Assembly: GCA_964593545.1 (NCBI GenBank)
Contig: CAZQJK010000009.1
Location: 17,505-81,504, forward strand
DNA: 64,000 bases
Direction of reading: 5' to 3'
From: an uncultured Bacteriovorax sp.
Lineage (GTDB): Bacteria; Bdellovibrionota; Bacteriovoracia; Bacteriovoracales; Bacteriovoracaceae
Shown here: positions 6,976 through 15,884 of the stretch, piece by piece
How positions within the stretch are numbered: position 1 is the stretch's first letter
Layout: the number at the start of each line of letters is the position of its first letter
Made by a program: the position numbers and the translations under genes
The notes under the pieces: generated by a model
Databases searched by the model: none
What the model was told of the DNA's origin: nothing
What the model saw: the letters and a program-made list of their open reading frames with translations, nothing else

Positions 6976-9207
6976 TTACTCCTTTTTCACTGGTTTCCCA
7001 GTTGGTCTTTGAGGACGGTTCCCAGGTGGTTGTCCTGGTCTTGTACCGCTTGGTGCTGGCGGTCTCGCCGCTTGTGGTGGTTGAGAAGCCTGAGATGTAT
7101 TACTAAAAAGCCCTCGAGGAACATTGTATCCCTTCTTTTCTAAAGTCTCGATAAACTTAGGAATAAAACCAGTGGCCTGATATTCTCCAACAATTTTTCC
7201 AGATTTATCAATTCCTTTTTGGACATAGAGAAAGATATCTTGCAATGTAACAACCTCTCCTTGTATCCCACCTATTTCAGTGATGTGTGTAATACGTCTT
7301 GATCCATCATCTAATCTCTGTTGCTGTATAATTAAATGAACGGCTGAAGCAATCATTTCTCTAATCGCTTTTGGAGTAAGCCCTGCTCCCGCATATTGCA
7401 CAAGTGTTTCGATACGCCAGATACACTCTCGAGGATTATTTGAGTGAACCGTTGTTAAGGAGCCATCGTGTCCAGTTCCCATTGCTTGTAACATATCAAG
7501 TGTTTCACCACCACGACACTCACCCACAACAATTCTGTCCGGTCTCATTCTTAGACACTGCTTAACTAATAAGCGAATATCAATTTCACCATCTCCCTCA
7601 AGTGATGGTGGTCTTGTTTCAAGCCTAACCACGTGATCTTGAGGAAAATTAAGCTCAGCTGAATCTTCACAAGTAATGATACGTTCATTTGCCTGAATAA
7701 AACTTCCTAGAACATTAATCAAAGTTGTCTTACCTGAACCGGTACCACCAGAGACAATTATATTTCGGTGACCTTCAACAGCAATTCTTAAAAAATCTGC
7801 CATATTCTGTGTCATGGATCCAAACTTGACGAGGTCTTTATAAGTAAGGCGCTCCTCAGGAAATTTTCTAATTGTGATACAACATCCATCGATAGCAGAT
7901 GGAGGAATAATGGCATGAACTCTTGATCCATCATGGAGTCTAGCATCTACGTATGGTGTTTTTTCATCAATTCGTCTTCCAATCGGCGCAACGATTCTTT
8001 CAATAACATTGAGAACCTGACGATCATTTGTAAATATAACTTCAGACTTTCTAATTTTCCCACTTTTCTCAAAATATATTTTATCAGGTCCAACAACCAT
8101 AATTTCAGATACCGTTTTATCTGATAAAAGATCTTCCAAAGGACCAAGTCCTAATGCCTCATCGATAATTTCTTTAACGATCGCATTCATATCTTCTCGT
8201 GAATTTAATATGCCTTTCGTATCCTCTTTTCCGAGCAAATCAACAACAAGCTTCTTTGTTTTTTCTTTTAGAATAATTTTGGCTTTCGGATCATTTTTAT
8301 CATCATCACCGAGATCCATCTCCTCAACCAAACTCTTATGTATCCTAATTTTTAGATCTCGCCATGCATTTGCTGTTCCCTTAGAAGCTGTCGCTCCCGA
8401 GGCATCAGAACCTGTCTTATTAGTTGTTACACCACTTGGTCTATTTAGTGTTGAAAGTTGCTTTAAGATATTAGATTGAATAATCTTTCTTGCTACTTCA
8501 GTTATTCCTTTCGAGAAGTTACTATTTTTAAGTGCGACGAGAGCAGGCTTTCTTTGATTCAGGGCCATTGCACAAGTTTGATCATCTTTTACGATTGTTC
8601 CAAGTAATGGTCGTCCGAGAGTTTTAGAAACAACATCGGGTGTAACAGGATGACCTTTTTGAGCCTGATTCATTACAAAATGTATCATCTCTTTCGGGAA
8701 CATCATTGTTACTAAATCAGAAATCATTCTCTTCGTTTGATTAAGTACTAACAAGTCTGGCGTTACAACGATTAAAATCATTGTCGAGTACTCTAAAGCT
8801 TTTAGAGTTAAAGGACTTAATTCACTTCCCCCGTCAATCACTGTAATTGGAAAAAGTGATGAAAATGCTTTTAAATATTTTCCAGCTGCATCTGGATCTA
8901 ATCCATCAGTCACTGCTGGGTCATTGGGCAAGCCGATATAATTCACACCTGCTGGATGTGGATTTAAAAAAGGTGCTATAGTGCGAGGATCGATATTTCC
9001 GCTAAAAGCAAAAAGATCTTTCATATTTTTTTTCGACTTAATCCCTGTAATTAAATTTTGATCGCCACTTGCTCTTTGATCAAAATCTAAAAGAAGAGTT
9101 TTTCCTCGAGATTCAGCAACAAGTGAAAAAGCAAGGTTTGCAGCGACTTGAGATTTCCCAACCCCGCCTTTAGCACCGATAACTGTTATTATGTGACCTT
9201 CGGCCAT
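6976..9207 (-). CDS. tadA: TadZ/CpaE(MinD-like)-TadA/CpaF fusion ATPase
   Basis: N-terminal GAKGGVGKS deviant Walker A; C-terminal GGTGSGKTT, LRMRPDRIVVGECRG, TGHDGS. Confidence 0.9.
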   Translation of the reverse strand: MAEGHIITVIGAKGGVGKSQVAANLAFSLVAESRGKTLLLDFDQRASGDQNLITGIKSKKNMKDLFAFSGNIDPRTIAPFLNPHPAGVNYIGLPNDPAVTDGLDPDAAGKYLKAFSSLFPITVIDGGSELSPLTLKALEYSTMILIVVTPDLLVLNQTKRMISDLVTMMFPKEMIHFVMNQAQKGHPVTPDVVSKTLGRPLLGTIVKDDQTCAMALNQRKPALVALKNSNFSKGITEVARKIIQSNILKQLSTLNRPSGVTTNKTGSDASGATASKGTANAWRDLKIRIHKSLVEEMDLGDDDKNDPKAKIILKEKTKKLVVDLLGKEDTKGILNSREDMNAIVKEIIDEALGLGPLEDLLSDKTVSEIMVVGPDKIYFEKSGKIRKSEVIFTNDRQVLNVIERIVAPIGRRIDEKTPYVDARLHDGSRVHAIIPPSAIDGCCITIRKFPEERLTYKDLVKFGSMTQNMADFLRIAVEGHRNIIVSGGTGSGKTTLINVLGSFIQANERIITCEDSAELNFPQDHVVRLETRPPSLEGDGEIDIRLLVKQCLRMRPDRIVVGECRGGETLDMLQAMGTGHDGSLTTVHSNNPRECIWRIETLVQYAGAGLTPKAIREMIASAVHLIIQQQRLDDGSRRITHITEIGGIQGEVVTLQDIFLYVQKGIDKSGKIVGEYQATGFIPKFIETLEKKGYNVPRGLFSNTSQASQPPQAARPPAPSGTRPGQPPGNRPQRPTGKPVKKE

Positions 9208-10694
9208 TAAGGACCCCTCTTCCTAAACTTTCGTTTAATTTCTTCTGAACCAGCTGATGCACTATCAATAATCTCTGGTGTAATAAATACAACAAATTGC
9301 TCCTTACTACGGGACAATGACTTTGATTTTATGAAGGAGAACAACGGAAAACCAGAACCTGCTTCAACAGTATCTGCTCCACCAGGAGGATCTTTATCAT
9401 ATTGAGTAGAAGATTTAGTAGATGAAACTCCACCAACGACAGCAGACTCTCTTGTTTTTACAATTATAATCGTATTGATTGTATTCTCTAAAACATCTGT
9501 TCCGGAACCAAAACTAACTCCGAGAGAAATTTCGATATTTACTTTTTCTTCAGGCATGATTGTACCCTTAAGCTTTAAATCAAAACCTGCATCAATTGAT
9601 GTCGGTTGTTGAAACTCTCCAGTACCTAATGTTGTATTCTTCTTTGTCTTTCTTGTTATCGTCCCATTCTCGTTATCTTTAGCAATAATCATTCCGGACT
9701 GAACAATTCTTGCATACCCTGCAGCTTTTGCAGAATTTAACTTTGGAAATAGTTGTGAAATTGTCCCGGACAATGTTCCATCAGAGCTTGTTGATACGCC
9801 CCCCGAAGATGTTCGCCCAAATGAAATGCTTCCACCTTCTCCACCAAGAGTTGGATTCCATTTAAAACCAAATACTTTGTTATAGTCTTTTGTTAACTCA
9901 ACGAACTGTGCCGTAAACTTAATCATTTTAACAGGTTTTGGCGGTGGTTCAGTTTCATTGACGACAATAAAATTTTTAATAATTTCTTGCTCTAGCTTTT
10001 GGACCGAGTCAGTCCTTCTTGCTAAACTCTCAATTCTGTCTGGCAGATAAGTAATTCCAATTTTTGTCGCGAGTTCTTTTTCTTTTTCAGAACCAACGAT
10101 CCCTTCAAGGATATATGAATTATTAAAAAAGCGGACAGTTACATCTTTAAGATTATTTCTTCTCATCCCTTCTTGCATCTCTTTTGCAATTATTTGATAT
10201 GTCTGAGGAGAGACTTCGAGAAGATTTAAAACATCTTTATAGTCATCGAGAAAGAGAACAACTTTACCAATATCACTTGGGACAACAAGACGTCCTCCAA
10301 CAAAAACCTTGCCGCCTTTTATTCCGACCTCAACGCCCTCAATATCACTAAAGAAGTCTTTTAATTCATTAATAACCTTTGTCTTTTCCGTGGCAGTTAC
10401 TGTTACAAAGTATCGTATTGCGATATCTTTTGTTGCATCATTTCGCACTGATATTGATGAGACACCTGGCTTTAAGCCCTTTATTGTAATCTCTCTTTTT
10501 TGAGGAACAAAAGTCATGTCGACAACTGTATTATCTGCGATCTCTTTAATCGTTGTCGGTACAAAATCAAGTCGAATAACTTTATCTATCCCCATAAATA
10601 TTTCAATTCGCTCTTCCCTTGGGTTAACTTGCGCTATCCCATTCAGGCAAAAAAGAAACAAAAGAAATATTTTTACTGTATTTTTATTAATCAT
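9207..10694 (-). CDS. rcpA: Tad secretin RcpA/CpaC
   Basis: Signal peptide, BON-like segment, AQFVEL and VFITPEII secretin motifs, Tad context. Confidence 0.82.
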   Translation of the reverse strand: MINKNTVKIFLLFLFCLNGIAQVNPREERIEIFMGIDKVIRLDFVPTTIKEIADNTVVDMTFVPQKREITIKGLKPGVSSISVRNDATKDIAIRYFVTVTATEKTKVINELKDFFSDIEGVEVGIKGGKVFVGGRLVVPSDIGKVVLFLDDYKDVLNLLEVSPQTYQIIAKEMQEGMRRNNLKDVTVRFFNNSYILEGIVGSEKEKELATKIGITYLPDRIESLARRTDSVQKLEQEIIKNFIVVNETEPPPKPVKMIKFTAQFVELTKDYNKVFGFKWNPTLGGEGGSISFGRTSSGGVSTSSDGTLSGTISQLFPKLNSAKAAGYARIVQSGMIIAKDNENGTITRKTKKNTTLGTGEFQQPTSIDAGFDLKLKGTIMPEEKVNIEISLGVSFGSGTDVLENTINTIIIVKTRESAVVGGVSSTKSSTQYDKDPPGGADTVEAGSGFPLFSFIKSKSLSRSKEQFVVFITPEIIDSASAGSEEIKRKFRKRGP

Positions 10695-11497
10695 CTTTTC
10701 TCGTATTTATCTTGAAAGAATTTCTTAGCTTCAACCTGGTCTTTCTCACCTAGGATGTCATAAAGCCTTGTTCCTTCAATTCGAACTTTTTCTTTATCAT
10801 TAATATTTCTTAAAATTAGATAAGGAGTACTTTCACCATACTGATAAAGCCAAATTAATTTTTGTACTTCAAAAGGATCAAGCTCTAATGTTACAGAGTT
10901 GTAATTACTGTATGTATTTAACTTCATCTGTTTAATTACTTTGGGAGTTTGTACACCGATAACTGGTAAATTATTTGAGATATTTCTTCCTGTAGACAAT
11001 ACTCTTACGTCTTGTAAAATCGTCATAATCTTTTGTCGATCTCTTCGGCCGGAGTAATCGATAGCAGCAAGAACATCTACGCGATCACCTGGTTTGATGA
11101 GTTTTGATACTGATGTTTGGTCAGAAACAGTTATCGAAACCGCTCTCTTATTTACAGAAACTTCTCTTGATAAACCAGTGCTCTCTCCAGGATAAGTTAT
11201 CCTTGGCTTTGTAATTTGTTCATCTTTTAAAATAGGAACAGTTGCGATTGTGTTTTCTACTTCTTTCATCGTCTTAAAACTTCCTGGCGAGACGAAGCGT
11301 TGAGGTACTGAAATTATTGTTACTTTTGAATCATCAATTAATTCATATTCTCCAATATCTTTTTTCGCAACAATAACAGACGTCATTGAGCCGTATCTTT
11401 TTACTAATTCAGTTTTTTGATCTTCTACGTATGTGTGAACCATAAACATCGCAAAGATTGCTATCACAAGTGCTAAGGTAAATGCTCTAGTATTCAT
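10691..11497 (-). CDS. cpaB: Flp pilus assembly protein CpaB/RcpC
   Basis: SAF domain VIVAKKDI; RAVSI, IKPGDRVDVL motifs. Confidence 0.9.
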   Translation of the reverse strand: MNTRAFTLALVIAIFAMFMVHTYVEDQKTELVKRYGSMTSVIVAKKDIGEYELIDDSKVTIISVPQRFVSPGSFKTMKEVENTIATVPILKDEQITKPRITYPGESTGLSREVSVNKRAVSITVSDQTSVSKLIKPGDRVDVLAAIDYSGRRDRQKIMTILQDVRVLSTGRNISNNLPVIGVQTPKVIKQMKLNTYSNYNSVTLELDPFEVQKLIWLYQYGESTPYLILRNINDKEKVRIEGTRLYDILGEKDQVEAKKFFQDKYEKR

Positions 11498-11587
11498 CTT
11501 CTAACCTTATTTAAGATATTATTATCATTAGCATTTTATCAAATTTTAGTGAACCTTAGCTGACTAGGTAAAAAGGGCCACTCACAA

Positions 11588-12109
11588 CTATTTAAAGGCA
11601 CAAATAGACTTAGATGAATATCCGACAGAGTTTCTTGGGTAATCGACTCGAAAAAAAGTATTATCGGTAGACATGCGACTATAGGTTTCACCACATATTC
11701 CATAGAGAGTGAAAATTTTGATACAAGAAGTTTGATTATCTGAAAATTTTTCCAAACAATCCTCAGAAGCACTACCTGCAAATGGAACATTAGGAAGTCT
11801 ATAGTAAGCTCCAAAAGACACTGAACCACTTCCCTCTTCTTTAAATCTCCATCCGATAATGTTCGCACTCACTAAATTTAAATTAGCGAGTTGTCTTAAG
11901 TCTCTTTCAATTAACCCATTGGAATTTCCATTTAAAAGATAATAAGTATATCCTCGCGTAAATTTTTGTTGATTTATTGAAGCGTTGATCGAGTTACCAA
12001 AATTCATAATCAATCCACCAAGATAGATTAAGATTGGAACAAAGAGGACAAGTTCGAACATCGCCTGTCCATCCTCATTTTTATAAATGTCAAAATATTT
12101 CTTTAGCAT
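11588..12109 (-). CDS. TadE-like pseudopilin
   Basis: GQAMFEL plus hydrophobic helix; start moved to MLKKYF. Confidence 0.75.
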   Translation of the reverse strand: MLKKYFDIYKNEDGQAMFELVLFVPILIYLGGLIMNFGNSINASINQQKFTRGYTYYLLNGNSNGLIERDLRQLANLNLVSANIIGWRFKEEGSGSVSFGAYYRLPNVPFAGSASEDCLEKFSDNQTSCIKIFTLYGICGETYSRMSTDNTFFRVDYPRNSVGYSSKSICAFK

Positions 12110-12110
12110 C

Positions 12111-12626
12111 TTAACATCCATTATCAAAAAGTGTTGTGTGATCACTACAGCTACCTACAGATGCCGAAATTGCATCACAAGTTCTTTTCGCACATTCTGT
12201 TCTTGTTGGCTCTTTCCCTAGAAAAGACTCACTTCTAAATTCCATTGGTATTTTTCCACCAACAGTTTTAGTAAATGATAACCTATCTGTATATGTTGCA
12301 TAGGCTCCAACAAAAGCTTTGATGACATTATCAGCGGGGCTATTGAACCTGATCTCTCCATCAAAATTTGGCATAAATTTTGTTATGTAATAAGATTCAA
12401 AAACTTGCTTCCCTATTCCCTCGGCGTAACTAAAAACCTGCGGAGCATTTGCATTATTATTATCAGTAACAAGATACGCTCTCGATGCCATAAACGTTGC
12501 ATACTGGACGAGGTATCCATTGGTATAATTTAGCGCCTGTTTCATAAAAAAGAAAATAAATGCAAATGCAATTGTTATACAACTTAAGAACTCAACTGTA
12601 GATTGACCTTTTTTATTATTGATCAT
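12111..12626 (-). CDS. TadE-like pseudopilin
   Basis: GQSTVEF plus hydrophobic helix; start moved to MINNKK. Confidence 0.75.
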   Translation of the reverse strand: MINNKKGQSTVEFLSCITIAFAFIFFFMKQALNYTNGYLVQYATFMASRAYLVTDNNNANAPQVFSYAEGIGKQVFESYYITKFMPNFDGEIRFNSPADNVIKAFVGAYATYTDRLSFTKTVGGKIPMEFRSESFLGKEPTRTECAKRTCDAISASVGSCSDHTTLFDNGC

Positions 12627-12945
12627 ATGTGGATGTTGGTCCAAAGAACCGTGAGTTACCATTTTCATTCCTATAACTTTGAAGCTCAATATCGTTATAA
12701 TCATTAGAATAATTATCTATATTTTCATTATGCCCGTATCGATACGAGAACTCAATAATTCTTGCCATCTGTTCATACATACCATTACCATTTCCGAGAA
12801 AGTCTTTCATCACGGATGATTTAATTATAAAGTTTGTTAGGCTTGCAAGAACAATAAGTAATAGTATGTACTCTACTGTCCCCTGTCCTTTTTCATTATC
12901 TAGAATAATATTTTCTCCTTGATAATCCACCCAAACCAAATCCAT
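12616..12945 (-). CDS. Flp/TadE-like minor pilin (start uncertain)
   Basis: GQGTVEYILL motif; the only ATG overlaps the peptidase gene by 46 nt. Confidence 0.65.
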   Translation of the reverse strand: MDLVWVDYQGENIILDNEKGQGTVEYILLLIVLASLTNFIIKSSVMKDFLGNGNGMYEQMARIIEFSYRYGHNENIDNYSNDYNDIELQSYRNENGNSRFFGPTSTYDQ

Positions 12946-13406
12946 GAAATAAATATAACTGGCGCAAATGCAAATTTTTTACCAAATATACTACGAACTA
13001 AATTTATGTCTTTATTTCTAAAAGCAATAACAATCAGATCAGCATTTTTTAATATATTCTTTGTAAACACAGATCCTCCCACAAGTGTTGTGGCGATCGC
13101 TAGAGAAAAGAAGGCCTCCTCATGAAACTGAGAGGGTATTAGAAGATAAAAGGATGCGAGATACTTTGAATCCCCTCCACCCATAATTTTCATGAGAAAG
13201 AGGATAAATCCTGCGGCAAAAAAACCTAGCGGCCAGATGAAAGTTTCGATTTGAAATGAATAATAGTCTGGAAATAGCATTGTAAAGAATAAGTAGAATC
13301 CAATATTAATCATTGGCCACTTATTTGATATCTTCTTTGTTTGAAAGTCATGGTAAGCAACAATGAGGATTTGTACCGCGAGGTAGGCATAGACAACAAA
13401 TGGCAT
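12900..13406 (-). CDS. cpaA: A24 prepilin peptidase TadV/CpaA
   Basis: YHDFQTKKISN, MGGGDSKY, FAFAPVI motifs, multi-TM. Confidence 0.85.
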   Translation of the reverse strand: MPFVVYAYLAVQILIVAYHDFQTKKISNKWPMINIGFYLFFTMLFPDYYSFQIETFIWPLGFFAAGFILFLMKIMGGGDSKYLASFYLLIPSQFHEEAFFSLAIATTLVGGSVFTKNILKNADLIVIAFRNKDINLVRSIFGKKFAFAPVIFISWIWFGWIIKEKILF

Positions 13407-13408
13407 AC

Positions 13409-13621
13409 CTACTCCATATTCTCATAAGCGTTATGCCAGCATCCTTGAGCGCATGCTCCAGTAGAAAGCTCCTGAGTTAGGTGGTAAGCAAAATTTTTGA
13501 AGAACCCTTCAGAGAAAACAGCAATACCTTTGGCAGCACTGATAGCTATCAAAGAGAATATTGCAAATACAAATATATATTCAAGCAAAGCCTGACCTTG
13601 AGCATGTTTTGACATACTCAT
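13409..13621 (-). CDS. Flp-like minor pilin
   Basis: GQALLEY plus hydrophobic helix, C-terminal CxxxC. Confidence 0.7.
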   Translation of the reverse strand: MSMSKHAQGQALLEYIFVFAIFSLIAISAAKGIAVFSEGFFKNFAYHLTQELSTGACAQGCWHNAYENME

Positions 13622-13667
13622 AGGTTACTAGAAGCTGTAACTTATATCTAGACAGTGAAAATTATTC

Positions 13668-13850
13668 TTAATCTGCGCTAAAGTCCAGCTTCATTGCTTC
13701 ACCAAATACTTTCTCAGTAAGAGCTTCAATTTGTGGTTCTGCAACCTTTTTAAACTTAAAAACGAGCATCGCCGCAACAGCAACAAGTAGGATATACTCT
13801 GTCGATGTCTGACCCTCTTCGTCTCTAAGAAATTCCATAAACTTCTTCAT
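13668..13850 (-). CDS. flp: Flp major pilin
   Basis: FLRDEEGQTSTEYILL, 60 aa, SD AGGAG. Confidence 0.9.
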   Translation of the reverse strand: MKKFMEFLRDEEGQTSTEYILLVAVAAMLVFKFKKVAEPQIEALTEKVFGEAMKLDFSAD

Positions 13851-13890
13851 ATACTTCTCCTAAAATAAACAGTGCCTGGAAGTTTGTTAC

Positions 13891-13917
13891 TTATCGATGA
13901 ATCAACCAGAAACTTTA
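13891..13917 (-). promoter_or_regulatory. sigma28 promoter for flp/tad operon
   Basis: TAAAGTTT-N11-ATCGATAA, 41 nt upstream of the flp ATG. Confidence 0.8.
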
Positions 13918-14027
13918 GTCATTTAGTTAATATAATCATAACACACAACATCATTTTTTTAAATATTATATTCGTAACCTCTTAATATTTCGTGTCAAGA
14001 TTGAAAATTAGTTGCCATAAATCTTTG

Positions 14028-14057
14028 TTGTGCTGTCTATAAAGTAGGATGTATAAT
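14028..14057 (+). promoter_or_regulatory. sigma70 promoter of the 6S-like RNA
   Basis: TTGTGC-N18-TATAAT ending 6 nt before the RNA terminal stem. Confidence 0.6.
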
Positions 14058-14063
14058 GGTTAT

Positions 14064-14234
14064 GGGTCCTGTAGTTGGCAATAACAAGTTCTTTGCCCTA
14101 CAAATATATGAAAGGAAGCGGTCCCTGATTATGGTGAGCAAGCTCATGTAAATTGAGAAGCCTAAAATGATTAAATACTGCATCCACCTGTCGATTGACG
14201 GGCGGAGACTTTCGAAAAACCAACTATGGGACTC
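14064..14234 (+). ncRNA. ssrS: Probable 6S RNA
   Basis: 171-nt rod: 15-bp closing stem 14064-78/14220-34, stem 14086-98/14200-11, central 15/14-nt bubble, stem 14114-22/14177-85; several G-U pairs. Confidence 0.7.
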
Positions 14235-14238
14235 TTAT

Positions 14239-14778
14239 TTATCTAGCTGACAGCTTGATAAACTCAGCAAGATAATGTCTCGCTAAAGCTTCAATCTCAA
14301 CAGGCTCGTTTGAAAATTTCCACGTAATTTGATTAAAAGGACCGATATGTGCTCTTACCTCATGAACACTTGTCTCGCCATAACCCTGAGACTCACTAAG
14401 TCTAGCGGAGAAAATGTCCTTACCATTGGCCAAGAAGCCAATAGAAATTAAATCATCAGCTCTTCTCGCAAAAATTAATCTGAGAGAATTTCGATAAAGC
14501 ATGAAATCATTTACCGTATTAGCAATTTTGAAGATTTTAATAATACTTCCTGGCGTACCACCACGGAATTCATTGAATTGATGAGTAAAAATCTCGAATA
14601 GATCTCTAAGCTCATTCATAAAATTAATCGAAGATTCTTCAAGAAGATATGCGGGATTCAAATGATCATTAAAGCTAACAATACCTGACTCTTCCATATT
14701 TATTTCTTCTAGGGCTAGATTTTCTATCCACTTAGTTGAAACTTCTTTGCTGTCTTTATTAAATTTTACTATATCCAT
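14239..14778 (-). CDS. Hypothetical protein
   Basis: 179-aa soluble ORF, no recognised motif. Confidence 0.7.
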   Translation of the reverse strand: MDIVKFNKDSKEVSTKWIENLALEEINMEESGIVSFNDHLNPAYLLEESSINFMNELRDLFEIFTHQFNEFRGGTPGSIIKIFKIANTVNDFMLYRNSLRLIFARRADDLISIGFLANGKDIFSARLSESQGYGETSVHEVRAHIGPFNQITWKFSNEPVEIEALARHYLAEFIKLSAR

Positions 14779-14821
14779 AATCTATATGATGCGACATAGC
14801 GCTAAAGTTGTCAAAAGATTA

Positions 14822-15814
14822 TCAAATAAAAGTAATCCCCTGACCTTGATCAGACTTCTTGTTCTCTTTCTTAACACCTTTCAATCTCCTGAATGTAAAT
14901 TCCAGTGACTCTTCAATACTTGGCATTTTTAAATTTAAAAAACCCTCGGCATTTGTTAAGTCCAATTTAAAGTGCAGTTTATTATCAGAAGAAGCTGTCC
15001 CAGCATGAGCCGTTGCCATTACTGGATATGACCATTTTCCCTTTGTAAGATTATGATCTGTTTCTCCAAATACTTTCGCGTAGGTCTTAGCGAACTCATA
15101 ATAGGTCATATTATCAGCGGAGCTAATTTGAAAGAGTCTATTTTGAATACCTTTATCGAGGCACATTTTAATAATCATACCGAGATAGTTAACATCCAAA
15201 AAACCTATATTCACATAATCATCAACAGTCATTGGTTTTCTAAAGTGCGTGTAGTCCTGAAGTTTCTCGAACCAGCCATTTTTCTTGGGACTTATATTTC
15301 TTCCATAGAGCTTACAAGACCTAAAGACTAAGTAATTAAGTGAAGTCTTTTGAATATAGAATTCTGCAGAGGCCTGTGTTCTACCATACACAGTATTTGG
15401 ATCAGGAATGTCCATCTCAAGATAACTCTTATCCTCTCCCGAAAATACGAAGCAGGATGATATATAAATAATTTGAGATTTATATCGCTGGCAATACTCA
15501 ACTACATTAAATAAGCCACTTGTATTTAGGGCATCCGCTCTTCCCTCTTCTAGGGCACAATCAACAATTGAAGACATGCCAGCAGCATAAATTGTGATAT
15601 CTGGCCTTGTTGAGAACATTACAAGTTGTACTTCCTCTTTGGATAAGACACTACATGGAATGGCCATCACACCAGGGATAGAAACAGGCGTATCATTGTA
15701 TGTCCCAACAACTCGAAAATCTTTCTTAAAGAATTCAGCAAGAGAAGATCCCACAAATGAAGAGATTCCAAAAATTAATATAGTCTTACGTCGTAGTACA
15801 GTATTTTCGCTCAT
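14822..15814 (-). CDS. RmlD-like extended SDR, atypical motifs
   Basis: Rossmann start, DALNTSG, IYISS, PNTVYG, LYG motifs. Confidence 0.8.
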   Translation of the reverse strand: MSENTVLRRKTILIFGISSFVGSSLAEFFKKDFRVVGTYNDTPVSIPGVMAIPCSVLSKEEVQLVMFSTRPDITIYAAGMSSIVDCALEEGRADALNTSGLFNVVEYCQRYKSQIIYISSCFVFSGEDKSYLEMDIPDPNTVYGRTQASAEFYIQKTSLNYLVFRSCKLYGRNISPKKNGWFEKLQDYTHFRKPMTVDDYVNIGFLDVNYLGMIIKMCLDKGIQNRLFQISSADNMTYYEFAKTYAKVFGETDHNLTKGKWSYPVMATAHAGTASSDNKLHFKLDLTNAEGFLNLKMPSIEESLEFTFRRLKGVKKENKKSDQGQGITFI

Positions 15815-15839
15815 ATATTAATTTTAGATGATTATGTAG

Positions 15840-15874
15840 AAAAAAGAGAGGAAGGCAACTATGTCCTCCCCCTC
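15840..15874 (-). terminator. Terminator of the efflux operon
   Basis: Minus strand GAGGGGGAGGACA-TAGT-TGCCTTCCTCTC then TTTTTT. Confidence 0.75.
15847..15864 (+). repeat. 18-bp direct repeat copy 1
   Basis: AGAGGAAGGCAACTATGT; 17/18 identical to 21504-21521. Confidence 0.6.
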
Positions 15875-15884
15875 GTACGAGTAT

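Noticed and set aside
14105-14125. GAAAGGAAGCGG resembling SRP RNA helix 8
   Set aside because: The required upstream CAGG-containing arm is absent; the overall fold fits 6S better
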